Assembly (NCBI GenBank): GCA_030390025.1
Contig: JASTWF010000080.1
Span: 124,001-188,000, forward strand
Origin: Squalus acanthias
Lineage: Eukaryota
DNA length: 64,000 nucleotides
Reading direction: 5' to 3'
Made by a program: the position numbers and the translations under genes. The notes under the pieces are model-generated. The model made no database searches and was not told the DNA's origin. It saw only the letters and a list, made by a program, of their open reading frames with translations. The first letter of the stretch is position 1. Every line of letters begins with the position of its first letter. This document shows positions 48,029 through 60,707 of this stretch, piece by piece.

Positions 48029-48794
48029 GGCCCGAAAATTAGACCTAATACGGGAGATTACGCACTGTGTACTCTCGCGTATTAGATCCCGAATTGCCGG
48101 TTTCCTGCATGCACTGCGCATGCGCGGGAAACCGGCACTTCGTGAATTGAAAAGGGGGCGGTTCCTAAGTGAACCGCGTGTGCGCTACAGGCTGCGCGCA
48201 CGCAGTGCACTTAGTTTTTTTTTCAGCTTTGAACGCGCAGGTAAGTGGTGAAGATTTTACACACAAAGAAAGCAGGCGTAGGACCCCCTTTTAACAAGGT
48301 AAGTAGTTAATTAAGTGTTATTTTAAATTTTTTTCAACAGGTTTATTTTTTTTTAGAGATTTTAAGAAAGGTAAGTTTATTTTTATAACATTTAAAAAGA
48401 TTTTAAATTTTTTCAAAAATTTAATTTTTTGTTTAAAGTGGTTAATTTATTTAACTATACTTATTTTTATTAATGTGATGGCTTTTAAAAAAAATTTAAT
48501 TGAGGTTTAGCTGTTCTTTTGGGGGTTTGTAGTATTCATAGCTTTGACAGCTCTTGCCGTCAAAACTATGAATGAAAGATGGTGTGCTGCCATTGGCTCT
48601 AACTGAATCACGTGATCCCAGAGCTCGCACGAACTGATTGCGCCTCTGGGATACGCACACACTGCACGGTTGCAACAGGGAGAAGCTTTGAAACTAAAGT
48701 TCGTGTGGGCCCGGAGCAAAAAGGTAGGCGCGGAGTGCGACATCGCGGGGAATCCTTACCCCCGCGGGAACCATCCATGTTTAATTTCTGGGCC
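48029..48794. mobile_element. Harbinger-type MITE
   Basis: TIRs GGCCCGAAAATT and GGCCCAGAAATT; GAT TSD; homologous to 28057-28823. Confidence 0.85.
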
Positions 48795-49966
48795 GATGTT
48801 GCGAGGTCCAGAGAGGAAAGAGTGCAGTTGGAAAGTCCTTCCTTGCGATAAGATTGCCATAATTTGGACAATACGTGTGGTAGGATTTCTTGTTTATAAA
48901 GGAGTTTTTTATTAAGGATGAAGTTACCACACATTTAGATAGAGAAAGGAGTTGGAAGTAGCTAGCATAGATTTCAAATGGGACAACTGCTCACAGCATC
49001 CTGTCAGGAGGTAGCTGGGGGAAATGCACTGGATGTAGTGTATATGGACTTTATCAAAACCTTCGACAAGATACCACACGGACAATTAATCTTCTCTCAT
49101 AAGGAGAAATTAATTAAGGAGCAGGATGGTAAACTGGTTAGATAGGAGAAAAGAGCAGTGCGCTCAACGGAGAGTAAAATCATACGGTGTGTAAAAAGGG
49201 TATCGGACCTGAACCCACCGGGTTCGGCTAAAATTGGGGCCTCAGTTTTTTGAGGTGCACAAAAAGGGTTTTTCCTCATTAATGGCTTCCTGAAGCGGCG
49301 CCTTGCGACAGGTTGAAGGCGCTATATCAATGCAAGTTGTTGTCATTGATCATCGCATCTTTCAACAGGGCGGTTGCACGGCTACCAGCCAGCAATGAAT
49401 AGTGGGGAGCAGCTAGTAACCGCCGGTAATGATTTCAGGCTTTCTGCTCCCAACAGTCTTTATTCGTGCTCAGAGTACATTCCACGGGCAGGCCCACACC
49501 TCCGACCAAACGCAACGGAAACTGCGTGGGTGAAGAGAATAGTCACGGTGAAGCAGGAGCAACCACAACGTACTCAGTTATTTTGCAACAGAAGACACGC
49601 AGGATGCCCAGCGTTCTGACTGCTTCAATCGATGAAAGAAACCATGCCGACAGACCGTATAGTTTAGGCTAAAGCTAAAAACCAAATTTATTGGAGGTTG
49701 TAAATTTACACAGAATCAAATACACAGCAACACGGTATTTAACTCACACCAATGTTATAAACAACGTTCTGAAACCAGGAAAGAATTTCTAGTTGCTTAT
49801 GTGTCCTTTTGAAGAATCCTTTAATTGCATATTGAGCAAACATAATGAGGTCTACAGCTCCACCGAGTGCTGACTCCATGCCATTACACCGAAATAAGGC
49901 TACCCAGTTATAACCGATATTTTCTTTGCTGTCAGACCATGAGGGATGGGGAACATTCTTCTTGTT

Positions 49967-50436
49967 GATCCGTGGCTCAGTGGGTAGCACCCTCGCCTCC
50001 GAGTCAGAAAGCTGTGGGTTCACAGTCCCACGCCAGAGACTTGAACACATAAATCTAGGCTGACGCTCCCAGTGCAGCGCCGAGGGAGTGCCGCACTGTC
50101 GGAGGTGCCGTCTTTCGTATGAGACGTTAAACCGAGGCCCCCGTCTGCTCTCTCAGGTGGAGGTAAAAGATCCCGTGGCCACTATTATCGAAGAAGAGCA
50201 GGGGAGTTCTCCCTGGTGTCCTGGCCAATACTTATCCCTCAATCAACATAACAAAAACAGATTATCTGGTCATCATCACATTGCTGTTTGTGGGAGCTTG
50301 CTGTGCGCAAAACTGGCTGCCGCGTTTCCCACATTACAACAGTGACTCCACTTCAAAAATACTTCATTGGCTGTAAAGCGCTTTGGGACGTCCAGTGGTC
50401 GTGAAAGGCGCCCAATCAATGCAAGTCTTTCTTTCT
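49967..50436 (+). mobile_element. DeuSINE (SacSINE1-like)
   Basis: A-box tggctcagtgggtag, B-box-like ggttcacagtccc, Deu domain, L2-like tail with tttc repeats. Confidence 0.82.
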
Positions 50437-51839
50437 ATCAAAACACAGCAGGTACACCACGGGTGTTACTGATGAAACAACCATTTTCCCAGAAGGACAG
50501 TCACTGATGGGTCAGCCACTGTAGATAACGGCTGTCTGCTTCTCAACAGCAAACTTCCAAACATTGTCTGAAGTGTCTGTGTGAAACGATGTTGCCCTTA
50601 TGGAGATGTGTCTACAGGCAAGGTGGACAGCACCGTTCAAACTCTCTGTTCACTGCCGACATCTACTGTGGATTGTCCACACTGAACCCTCACACCGAGA
50701 CCAGAAGGAATTCTTTTAGAATCGTCCCCCTCCACGCTCCTCCTCTGGGCGGGCCTCCCGTTCACACGACTCGAGTCGACGGCAGCGGATCTTCCCTCGC
50801 TCCCGGTATCTCGTCTCTGGCCACTGCTCAGGCCCTCCGGTCGGGATCAGGAAACCGCCCGTGTCCATGCAGATGAGGGGAGGGGCCTGCGGCCCTGAAC
50901 ACGTATTACAAGGCTGCTCGGGCCGCAGGGCGTTGGAGCTATGGCGCGAGGCCACCTCAGCTTCCTCGGCTGACGGTTTTCGGTTTTCAAACCGACCCCG
51001 TTTCCGGGGCGTCTGCTTCGGGCAGAGCCTTTAACATTCGCACCAGTGGGCAGTGGACGTCGTGGGGAGGCACAGAGCCTGCTCTCCATCACTGGCCCTC
51101 TTCAAAGAGCCAAACCACCCGACATACAGCGGCGCAACTTGCATCCGAAAAGGCCGTTCGCAGGGTCGATGGAGCAGGGAGGCCTCCTGCAGAACGGGAT
51201 GGAAATAAAAACCCGACCACAGTAGAGCCACCCTTTCCTCTCACAGAAAATCTCCGCCTCTGGATAATTTCAACAGTTTGACACCAGGCAGGGTCTTGAC
51301 CTAGACACCCAGGACCATGTTGGCGAGATGCTGGGCCACCACCAGGGCCGTGGGACTGAACCGCAGGGAGAGGGGAGAACGGAGGCAATCCTGGGAGACA
51401 AATGGGAATATCTCAAACCCAGTGTCAGAACTTAAGAGAGTGTCTCTACCCAAAGATTTTACCCCCCCACCCCACCCCACCCCACCCCGTTAACATAACC
51501 TGGAATCGCTGCCATTAACAGCTACTTCGTGCCCAACCTGACTTGTTCAATGCAGTCACGACTGGGTTGAAAGCTTTATGCCATGATGGTGATGCATCAC
51601 ATTGGACATACTCTTACAGCCCTTCCCCTACTCCACCGAGTGCAATCTGTAGGGACTCGTTCACTATCACTGAGGGTGAGCTACTGAATGACGGCTGCAG
51701 CCAGTAGACCCTGCCCGGGCAAGAGGCTCTGGCCCTTCAGTAGGGGAGAAGAGAATATGGGGGTAGGGGGGAGGCGGGGGGAAGATAGGACGAATTAACA
51801 AAAGGTCACAGGGAGCATCGAACTGTCTCCTTCCAGCCA

Positions 51840-53000
51840 TTGCATGTGGCCCTTCTCTGTACTTATCTATCTAATCCTAACCAGAGAATCACCTGCAATG
51901 GCTTCTCTTCCCGCTCCCGCACCGTTACCTCTGGTGTCCCCCAAGGATCCATCCTTGGCCCCCTCCTATTTCTCATCTACATGTTGCCCCTTGGTGACAT
52001 CATCCGAAAACACAGCGTCAGTTTCCACATATACGCTGACGACACCCAGCTCTACCTCACTACCTCTTCTCTCAACCCCTCCACGGTGTCTAAATTGTCA
52101 AGACTTCTTGTCCGACTTACAGTTCTGGATGAGCAAAAATTTTCTCCAATTACATATTGGGAAAACCGAAGTCATTGTTTTCGGTCCCCGCCACAAACTC
52201 CGTTCCCTAGCCACTGACTCCATCCCTCTCCCTAACATCTGTCTGAGGCTGAACCACACTGTTCGCAACCTTGGTGTCATATTTGACCCTGAAATGAGCT
52301 TCCGACCACATATCCGCATCATAACAAAGACCGCCTATTTCCACCTCCGTAACATCGCCCGTCTCCGCCCTTGCCTCAGCTCATCCGCTGCTGAAACCGT
52401 CATCCGTGCCTTTGGTACCTCTAGACTTGACTATTCCAACGCACTCCTGGCTGGCCTCCCACATTCCACCCTACGTAAACTTGAGGTCATCCAAAACTCG
52501 GCTGCCCGTGTCCTAACTCGCACCAAGTCCCGTTCGCCCATCACCCCTGTGCTTGCTGACCTACACTGGCTCCCGGTTAAGCAGCACCTTGATTTCAAAA
52601 TTCTCATCCTTGTTTTCAAATCCCTCCATGGCCTCGCCCCTTCCTATCTCTCTAATCTCCTTCAGCCCCACAACCCCCCGAGATATCTGCGCTCCTCTAA
52701 TTCTCCCCTCTTGAGGATCCCTGATTATAATCACTCAACCTTTGGTGGCCGTGTCTTCTGTTGCCTAGGCCCTAAGCTCTGGAATTCCCTGCCTAAACCT
52801 GTCCGCCTCGCTACCTCTCTTTCCTCCTTTAAGACACTCCTTAAAACCTACCTCTTTGACCAAGCTTTTGGTCACCTGCCCTAATTTATCCTTAAGTGGC
52901 TCGGTGTCAAATTTTTTCTCTTAAAATACTCCTGTGCCGCGCCTTGGGATGTTTTACTAGGTTAAAGGCGCTATATAAATACAAGTTGATGTTGTTGCTG
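51840..53000 (+). mobile_element. L2 LINE, RT and 3' end
   Basis: [33 protein letters not shown]; tail ggcgctatataaatacaagttg(ttg)n. Confidence 0.93.
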
Positions 53001-53578
53001 TTGTTTCTCTTTCTCTGGCTGATTTCCCCCCGCCCCCTCACCTCCCTAGCCAGAGGTGCAAAGACCAATTGAAGTACACCTACTACAGCCTCTGGAATAG
53101 ATCCTCTCCCACATGCGTGTGCTGGTGGATCAGCAGCTGAAGCCTTTCCGACACATGGAAGATTTGATCGGTTTGTTGCCCAAAGTCAGAGTGTGCGAAT
53201 CACTTGTACAGATGCTGCACTGGAAGGGTTCTCAGCCTGTATGGATGCATTGCTCCTTCAGGAGGGACTACAGTCTGGAATGGTTGCTTCCCTCTGTGGA
53301 TGTACTGTTGTGATGTCTTCACACTGTAAACAGCCCTCTTGAAAACATTGCACCTTCACAGTTTCTCACTCTTGTGGATGTATTGATGGCGGGAGAGGTT
53401 CGAGACACTTCCTGAAATTTGGGATGGTGCACTGGAACCACTGCTCACCTGTGCGGGGGGCTAAGAAACTTAGGCAGTTCTCTGAAGCTCAGCACTTACT
53501 GAGGATGTGCTGGTCTCCAGGAGGGGGCTCTCTGATCACATGCCGGCTCGGTTGCAAACCTCACGCTCCAGCTATTTC

Positions 53579-54760
53579 TCACCTGTGCGTGCGCTGGTGG
53601 ACCAGGAGGGAAGATGACTGAGTAAAGGCTTTATTGCAAAGCTCGCACCTGAAGGGTCGCTCCCCGGTGTGGGTGCGCTGGTGGACCAGGAGGGACGATG
53701 ACCGCACAAAGGCTTTGTGGCAAACCTCACACCGGAAGGGTCTCTCCCCGGTGTGGGTGCGCTGGTGTGCCCGCAGGTTCGGCAGCTGCGTGTAGGCTTT
53801 GTCGCAAACCTCGCACTTGAAGGGCTTCTCCCCGGTGTGGGTGTGCTGGTGGACCTGCAGAAAGATCAGCTGGGTGAAGGCCTTGTCGCAAACCTCGCAC
53901 CGGAAGAGTTTCTCTCCCGTGTGGATACGCTGGTGGACCCGGAGGTTCGAGGACTGCGTGAAGGCTTTCTTGCACACCTCGCACTGGAACGGTCTCTCCC
54001 CGGTGTGGGTGCGCTGGTGGACCTGAAGGTTCGACGACTGGGTGAAGGCTTTGTCGCAGATATCGCACTTGAAGGGCTTCTCCCCGGTGTGAGTGCGCTG
54101 GTGGACCTGGAGAAAGATCAGCTGGGTGAAGGCCTTGTCGCAAGCGTCACACCGGAAGGGCTTCTCCCCGGTGTGGATGCGCTGGTGGATCAGGAGCTGG
54201 GTCGACTTGGCGAAACCTTTCCCGCAGGCCTCGCACCGGAAGGGCTTCTCCCCGGTGTGGATGCGCCGGTGTTCCACGAGGCACAGCGACCGGGAGAAGG
54301 CCTTGCCGCACACCTCGCACTTGAAGGGCTTCTCCCCGGTGTGGATGCGCCGGTGCTGCAGGAGGGTCGAGGACTGGGTGAAGGCCTTGTCGCACACCAG
54401 GCACTTGAAGGGCTTCTCGCCCGTGTGGACACGCCGGTGGCTGACGAGGAACGCCGGCTGCGTGAACGCCTGCTCGCAAACCTCGCACTTGAAGGGCTTC
54501 TCCCCGGTGTGGGTGCGCTGGTGCTCCCGGAGGCGGGACGACTTCACAAAGGTTTTGGTGCAGACCTCGCACCGGAACGGCCTCTCGCCCGTGTGGGTGC
54601 GGTGGTGCTCCAGCAGGCCCACCGAGGTGACGAAGGCCTTGCCGCAGGCCTCGCACTTGAAGGGCTTGTCCCCTCGGTGGGCCCGCTGGTGGACTTGGAG
54701 GGTGTACGACTGCGCAAAGCCCTTGTTACACACCTCGCACTTGAAGGGCTTCTCCCCCAT
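53579..54760 (-). CDS. C2H2 zinc-finger protein, 14 tandem fingers
   Basis: 393-aa uninterrupted ORF of 28-aa CxxC-x12-HxxxH units with TGEKPF linkers; GC-rich codon usage. Confidence 0.88.
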   Translation of the reverse strand: MGEKPFKCEVCNKGFAQSYTLQVHQRAHRGDKPFKCEACGKAFVTSVGLLEHHRTHTGERPFRCEVCTKTFVKSSRLREHQRTHTGEKPFKCEVCEQAFTQPAFLVSHRRVHTGEKPFKCLVCDKAFTQSSTLLQHRRIHTGEKPFKCEVCGKAFSRSLCLVEHRRIHTGEKPFRCEACGKGFAKSTQLLIHQRIHTGEKPFRCDACDKAFTQLIFLQVHQRTHTGEKPFKCDICDKAFTQSSNLQVHQRTHTGERPFQCEVCKKAFTQSSNLRVHQRIHTGEKLFRCEVCDKAFTQLIFLQVHQHTHTGEKPFKCEVCDKAYTQLPNLRAHQRTHTGERPFRCEVCHKAFVRSSSLLVHQRTHTGERPFRCELCNKAFTQSSSLLVHQRTHR

Positions 54761-55604
54761 GTAGCCGCCCTGGTGTTCCCGGAGTCACGGCAATCGCGCT
54801 GGGGGTTTGGTCCGAAACCTTCGCCTCGAGACGCCCGGCGGTCCTGGGCAGGCGTGTCCGCGCACTGCTGTCCGCGCACCGTCTAGCAGGAGGCCCTCCT
54901 CACAGCCGGACAGTCTGTGTCAGTGTTTCAGGATCGCGGCTGACTGCGAAATGCACCGAATGGGGCAACTTGGCGCCCTGCTTACCAGCCCCACCTGGAA
55001 TAAAGGCCTCTGGCTCCAGCCTGCCACAGCTGCGCCTCCCGAGCCACCGGCTTTGGGGCAATACCCGATACTGCTCAGCGGTTTCGGTTTTGACAATAAC
55101 CAGAGTTCTCCGGCTCGAGTGGTTTTAATGTGGAGCTGTTCCTTGGGTGACGGTCAGGGTGAATCTGTGGTTTATATCCTCTCCGGTATTCTCTGTACAA
55201 GGTATGTTTTTTTTTTAATGCGGTGCAAATTTTCTGTAACACAAAATAAAAAATAAATTACTTTTCTTCCAATTCTCTCCCCCACCGCCTCTGCTGGAGG
55301 AGATTGCCCGACAGGGAGAGTCTGCGGCTTATTCAACCATGGGGACCATCGGAAGCAAGCCCCGTGCTGCCCTCACTGAACACTCACTCTTTCTAGCAGA
55401 GCTCACTGGACAGGGATCAGGAGCAGGCACTGGCTGCTTTCCTTTCCCCATCCCTAGCCCAGGAACCCCAGCAGTGCCCGACCTGGTTCGACTAACTAAC
55501 TCAGCACAGACTATGGAGAAAAGTCGCATTTTCCTGTCCGGTAAGGGTCAGTATCGCACCGGGGTAGTACTGCCTCAGTCCTTGGCCTTCACCTGCACCG
55601 CTGC

Positions 55605-56400
55605 CAATACCATGGACACTACCCACCAGGTACATGGTACATACTCATGTGACTCGGCCAACGTTGTCTACTTCATACGTTGCAGGAAAGAATGCACCGC
55701 GGCATGGTACATCGGCGAGACCATGCAGACACTGAGACAACGTATGAACGGACACCGCGCAACAATCACCAGGCAGGAGTGTTCCCTCCCAGTCGGGGAA
55801 CACTTCAGCAGTCAAGGACATTCAGCCTCGGATCTGCGGGTAAGCGTTCTCCAAGGCGGCCTTAGAAACACACGACAATGCAAAATCATCGAGCAGAAAC
55901 TGATAGCCAAGATCCGCACTCATGAGGACGGTCTCAACCGGGATCTTGGGTTTATGTCACGATACATGACGTGATCCAGACTCGAGTCGTCGTTGGCTTG
56001 TTCACAGATGTGATTCCCAGTAAAAAAGTAAAAATTTTAAAGTTTATCGTTTTACATACTGACTGCAGCTTTTGACACGTTAGACCCCCTGTAACTCCAC
56101 CTCATTGTCTCAGCTGTATCTTGCTATGTCTTTGATGTGGGACCTTCCTGGCTGACCTGATTGCCTTTTGTCACACCTCGGCAGATAAACAGTCAGGATG
56201 ATTAAATTTAGTCGTCTACCATTGTAAGGTACACATGCATTGTTCTCTATCTATATATGCTTTGGCGATTCTGTATTTCTTTACTTCACCCGACGAAGGA
56301 GCAGCAGCTCCGAAAGCTTGTGATTTCAAATAAAACTGTTGGACTATAACCTGGTGTTGTGCGACTTCTCATTTTTGTCCACCCCAGTCCAACACCAACA
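55605..56400 (+). mobile_element. Penelope-like GIY-YIG 3' fragment of a different family, with degenerate hammerhead at about 56290-56320
   Basis: NVVYFIRC..WYIGET..LRQRMNGHR..VGEHF..GLNRD; cCGACGA a ggagc-agca-gctcc GAAA gctt. Confidence 0.85.
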
Positions 56401-57570
56401 TCTTTCAACAACTTGCATTTCTATAGCGCCTGTCACGTCCCAGGGTGCTTCACAGCAGTGTTACCACACAAAACTTGACACAATGACCCAAAGCTTGGTC
56501 AAAGAGGTAGGTTTTTAAGGAGGTAAGTCTCAAAGGAGGAGAGTGAGGTTGAGAGGCGGGGAGGTTTAGGCAGGGAATTCCAGAGCTCAGGGCCTAGGCA
56601 GCTGAAGGCACGGCCACCAATGGTTGAGCGATTGAAATAGGGGATGCTCAAGAGGCCAGAATTGGAGGAGTGCAGAGATCTCGGAGGGTGGTAGGGCTGG
56701 AGGAGGTTACAGAGATAGGGAGGGGCGAGGCCATGGAGGGATTTGAAAACAATTTTAAAATCGAGGCGTTGCCAGACCAGGAGCCAATGTAGGTCAGCGA
56801 GCACAGGGGTAACGGGTGAACAGGACTTGGAGCGAGTTAGGGTAGTTTTGGATGAGCTCAACTTTACGTAGGGTGGAATGTGGGAGGCCGGCCAGGAGTG
56901 CGTTGGAATAGTCGAGTCTAGAGGTAACAAGGCACGGGTGAGGGTTTCAGCAGCGGATGAGCTGAGGCGGGGCGGAGTCGGGCGATGTTACGGAGCTGGG
57001 AGTAGGCGGTCTTAGTGATGGTGTGGATATGTGGTCGGAAGCTCATCTCGGGGTCAAATACAACACCAGGGTTGAGAACGGTCTGGTTCAGCCTCAGACA
57101 GTGCACACAGAGGGAGGGATGGAGTCAGCGGCTAGGGGACGGAGTTCGTGGCGGGAGATCGAAGACAATGGCTTCAGTCTTCCCAATATTTAGTTGGAGG
57201 AAATTTCTGCTCATCCAGAACTGGATGTCGGACAAGCAGCCTGACAAAACAGACACAGTGGGGAGGGGTTGAAATAGGAGGTGGTGAGGTCGAGCTGGGT
57301 GTCGTCAGCGAACACGTGGAAACTGACGCTGTGTTTTTAGATGATGATCGCCGAAGGGCAACATGTAGATGAGAAATAGGAGGGGGGCCACGGGTAGATC
57401 CTTGGGGGGCTCCAGAGGAAATGGTGCAGGAGCGTGAAGAGAAGCCAATGCAGCGGATTCTCTGGCTATGACGAGATAGATAGGAATGGAACCAGGCGAG
57501 GGCAGTCCCACCCAGCTGGACGATGGTGGAGAGGCGCTGGAGATGGATGGAGTGGTCAACCCTGTCAATG
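56400..57570 (-). mobile_element. L2 LINE, RT and 3' end
   Basis: Homologous to 51840-53000 in reverse orientation. Confidence 0.9.
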
Positions 57571-57666
57571 GCTTTCTTTCTCCATCTCTCCCTCGTCATG
57601 TAGCTCTCTAGCTCCCAGGCTTTGAGTTATCAAAAGAGTGCAGTTTACTAACGATCAGAACAGGAC

Positions 57667-57972
57667 AACACGGTGGCATAGTGGTTAGCACTGTTGCCTC
57701 ACAGCGCCAGGGACCCGGGTTCGAATCTGACCTCGGGTGACTGTCTGTGTGGAGTTTGCACATTCTCCCCGTGTCTGCGTGGGTTTCCTCCGGGTGCTCC
57801 GGTTTCCTCCCACAGTCCAAAGATGTGCGGGTTAGGTTGATTTGGCTATGATAAATTGACCCTTAGTGTTAGGGGGATTAAATACGTGGGGTTACGGGGA
57901 TAGGGTGGGATATGTGTTGGTGCAGGCTCGATGGGCCGAAATGGCCTCTATCTGCACTGTGGGGATTCTGTG
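57667..57972 (+). mobile_element. V-SINE (HE1-like)
   Basis: tRNA head with ggttcgaatc; V-domain tctccccgtgtctgcgtgggtttcctccgggtgctccggtttcctccc; CR1-like tail. Confidence 0.88.
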
Positions 57973-58356
57973 ACAAGGCGGCAGTTGTTTGTGTGAAGAA
58001 GTGACTAGTTATTTTCAAACTCTAAAATTAGTGTCAGAAATCGCTTTCAAATTGATATGGACATGCTGACAATCTTCATCGGTTTTCATGCACAAAGCCA
58101 GTTCTTTCTCTGTACAATGACAGTACCATGGCTTTTGTCACATCATTGCTCCCCCTTAGAAGGGGTTCTCAGGGGTGGCTGTCGAACCATGACTCACTAC
58201 CGATAAGATAACCCCATCTGTATTCCCATTCACCGCAACCTCTGCGATGGGCGATGAGAGTGTCGCCTATCTGCAGCGCAGTGCTCACCGTCACAAACCA
58301 GCAGTTTTGTCCCATGCTGAATTTAACCAAGTGAGAGGATTGTGATCTGAATATAC

Positions 58357-60250
58357 TACATAAGAACAGAAGAAACAGGAGCAGGAGTAGGCCCATCGGC
58401 CCCTCGGGCCTGTTCCGCCATTCAATAAGATCATGGCTGATCCAATCTTGTCCTCAACTCCACTTTCCCGCTCCCTCCCCATACCCCTCGACTCCCTTGT
58501 AGTTCAAATATCTGTCAATCTCCGCCTTGAATATATTCAATGGCTCCGCCTCCACAGCTCTCTGGGGTAGAGAATTCCAAAGATTCACGACCCTCAGAGA
58601 GAAGAAATTCCTCCTCATCTCTGTCTTAAATGGGTGACCCCCTTATTCTGAAATTAGTTCCAGATACCCCCACTAGGGGAAACATCCTCTCAGTATCCAC
58701 CCTGTCAATCCCCCTCAGAATCTTATCTGTTTCAATAAGATCACCTCTCATTCTTCTAAACTCCAATGAGTATACTGTGAAGCGTGCGGAGATACAGCTC
58801 AGTCTTTACAACGCCCACATGACAACTAACCTGTTTCTTCCCAATCATTGAGTTCTACAACAGCTCGTGGCTGCTCCTCCCCTTGATCACGGACCTGACT
58901 CAGCGTGACCACCACCCCCCCCCCGCCCCCACCTCTATAGCCCTGCTCGTCACATCAGCGTAGACCAGAACTGGCGTGTGCAATCTGCACTGGCTGCAAC
59001 AGAGATCCGGCACTCAGCTCACTCGAGGCATCATCTCAGCTTGCTGGCCCGACCACCGAGCTTGGGTGCTGTTTACAGGTTAGACTTGTTTAGGGTGCAG
59101 CTCCACGGCTATAGTCTGGAACAAAACTCCGGGGAAAAACCTGATTTCCCAGGAACACGGAGAGTTGCTCCTTTGTCATAGAAACATAGAAAAATAGGAG
59201 CAGGAGTCGGCCATTCGGCCCTGCAATATGATCATGGCTGATCCTCTGTCTCAATACCATATTCCCGCTCTCTCCCCATACCCCTTGATGCCTTTTGTGT
59301 CTAGAAATCTATCTATCAAGGCTGATACCTGGGATGGCAGGAATGACGTATGAAGAGAGATTGGGTCGATTGGGCTTATACTCGCTGGAGTTTAGAAGAA
59401 TGAGAGGGGATCTCATTGAAACTTATAAAATTCTGAAAGGACAGGACAAACTAGATGCAGGAAGGATGTTCCCGATGCTCGGGGAGTCCAGAACCAGGGG
59501 TCACAGTCTAAGGATAAGGGGTAAGCCATTTAGGACTGAGATGAGGAGGAATTTCTTCACCCAGAGAGTGGTGAACCTGTGGAATTCTCTGCCACAGAAG
59601 GCAGTAGAGGCCAATTCATTAAATAGATTCAAGAAGGAGTTGGATATATTTCTTAAGGCTAAAGGGATCAAGGGATATGGGAAGAAAGCAGGGACAGGGT
59701 ACTGAATTTGGATGATCAGCCATGATTGCATTGAATGGCGGAGCAGGCTAGAGGGGCCGAATGGCCTACTCCTGCTCCTATCTTCTATGATCTCCTTCTT
59801 AAATATATTCAGTGACTTGGCCTCCACAGTCTTCTGTGGTAGAGACTTCCGCAGGTTCATCACCCTCTGAGTGAAGAAATTTCTCCTCATCTCAGTCCTA
59901 AATGTCCTGCCCCGTATCCTGAGACTGTGACCCCTCGTTCTAGACCACCCAGCCAGGGGAAACATCCTCCCTGCATCCAGTCTGTCTAGCCCTGTCAGAA
60001 TTTTATACATTTCAATGAGATCCCCTCTCATTCTTCTAAACTCTAGTGAATACAGGTCCAGTCAACCCAATCTCTCCTTATACAACAGTCCTGCCATCCC
60101 AGGAATCAGTCTGGTGAACCTTCGCTGCACTCCCTCTATGGCAAGTACATCCTTTCTTAGGTAAGGAGACCAAAACTGCACACACTACTCCAGGTGTGGT
60201 CTCACCAAGGCCCTGTATAACTGTAGTAAAACATTCTTCCTCCTGTACTC
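58357..60250. mobile_element. Cluster of CR1 3' ends in both orientations
   Basis: 58357-58772 (-); a minus copy spanning 59176-60250 is interrupted by 59316-59790 (+); LYSLEFRRMRGDLIE motif. Confidence 0.85.
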
Positions 60251-60707
60251 CTGTTTTAGTACAAGTTTTACATTGAGTAATGTGTCTTCTTCAATTCCGC
60301 CCGGTCTGCGAGTCTCCCCCCCGCCCCCCCCGACTCTCACAATACAGCATTGTCCACAATACAGCACCTCAGCCTTGCCCACCTGACATTTCCCCACACT
60401 CACTCGAAGCCCTGCCTTCGGAACCAAACCAGCGCGTCTTCAACGATGAGGCGAGTGAAGAGGGGGGGTCTCGGCTTCCATGCTGCCTACACGGTTCAAC
60501 TGAGGCCCCCTCGCGATGCCCACATCACTCAGTCCCACTCAGTCAAAGGCCGGGATTTTAATCGGGAGGCGGGATGGGAGCGGGGGGCAGGGAGCTAGAA
60601 AGCGGTCGGGAAACCAGGGAGAAGGGGTTTCCCACAGGCCCTGCCCAATTTTAACAGCAGGGCCTGATTGGCATTTCAATGGTCTGTTTCCCACCCGCAG
60701 CGAGCCA

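Noticed and set aside
53717-54886. 389-aa ORF antisense to the ZNF
   Set aside because: Usual shadow frame of a GC-rich zinc-finger array
57667-57740. tRNA gene
   Set aside because: Head of a V-SINE; the same applies at 49967; the tRNA-Leu match at 17539 is a PBS
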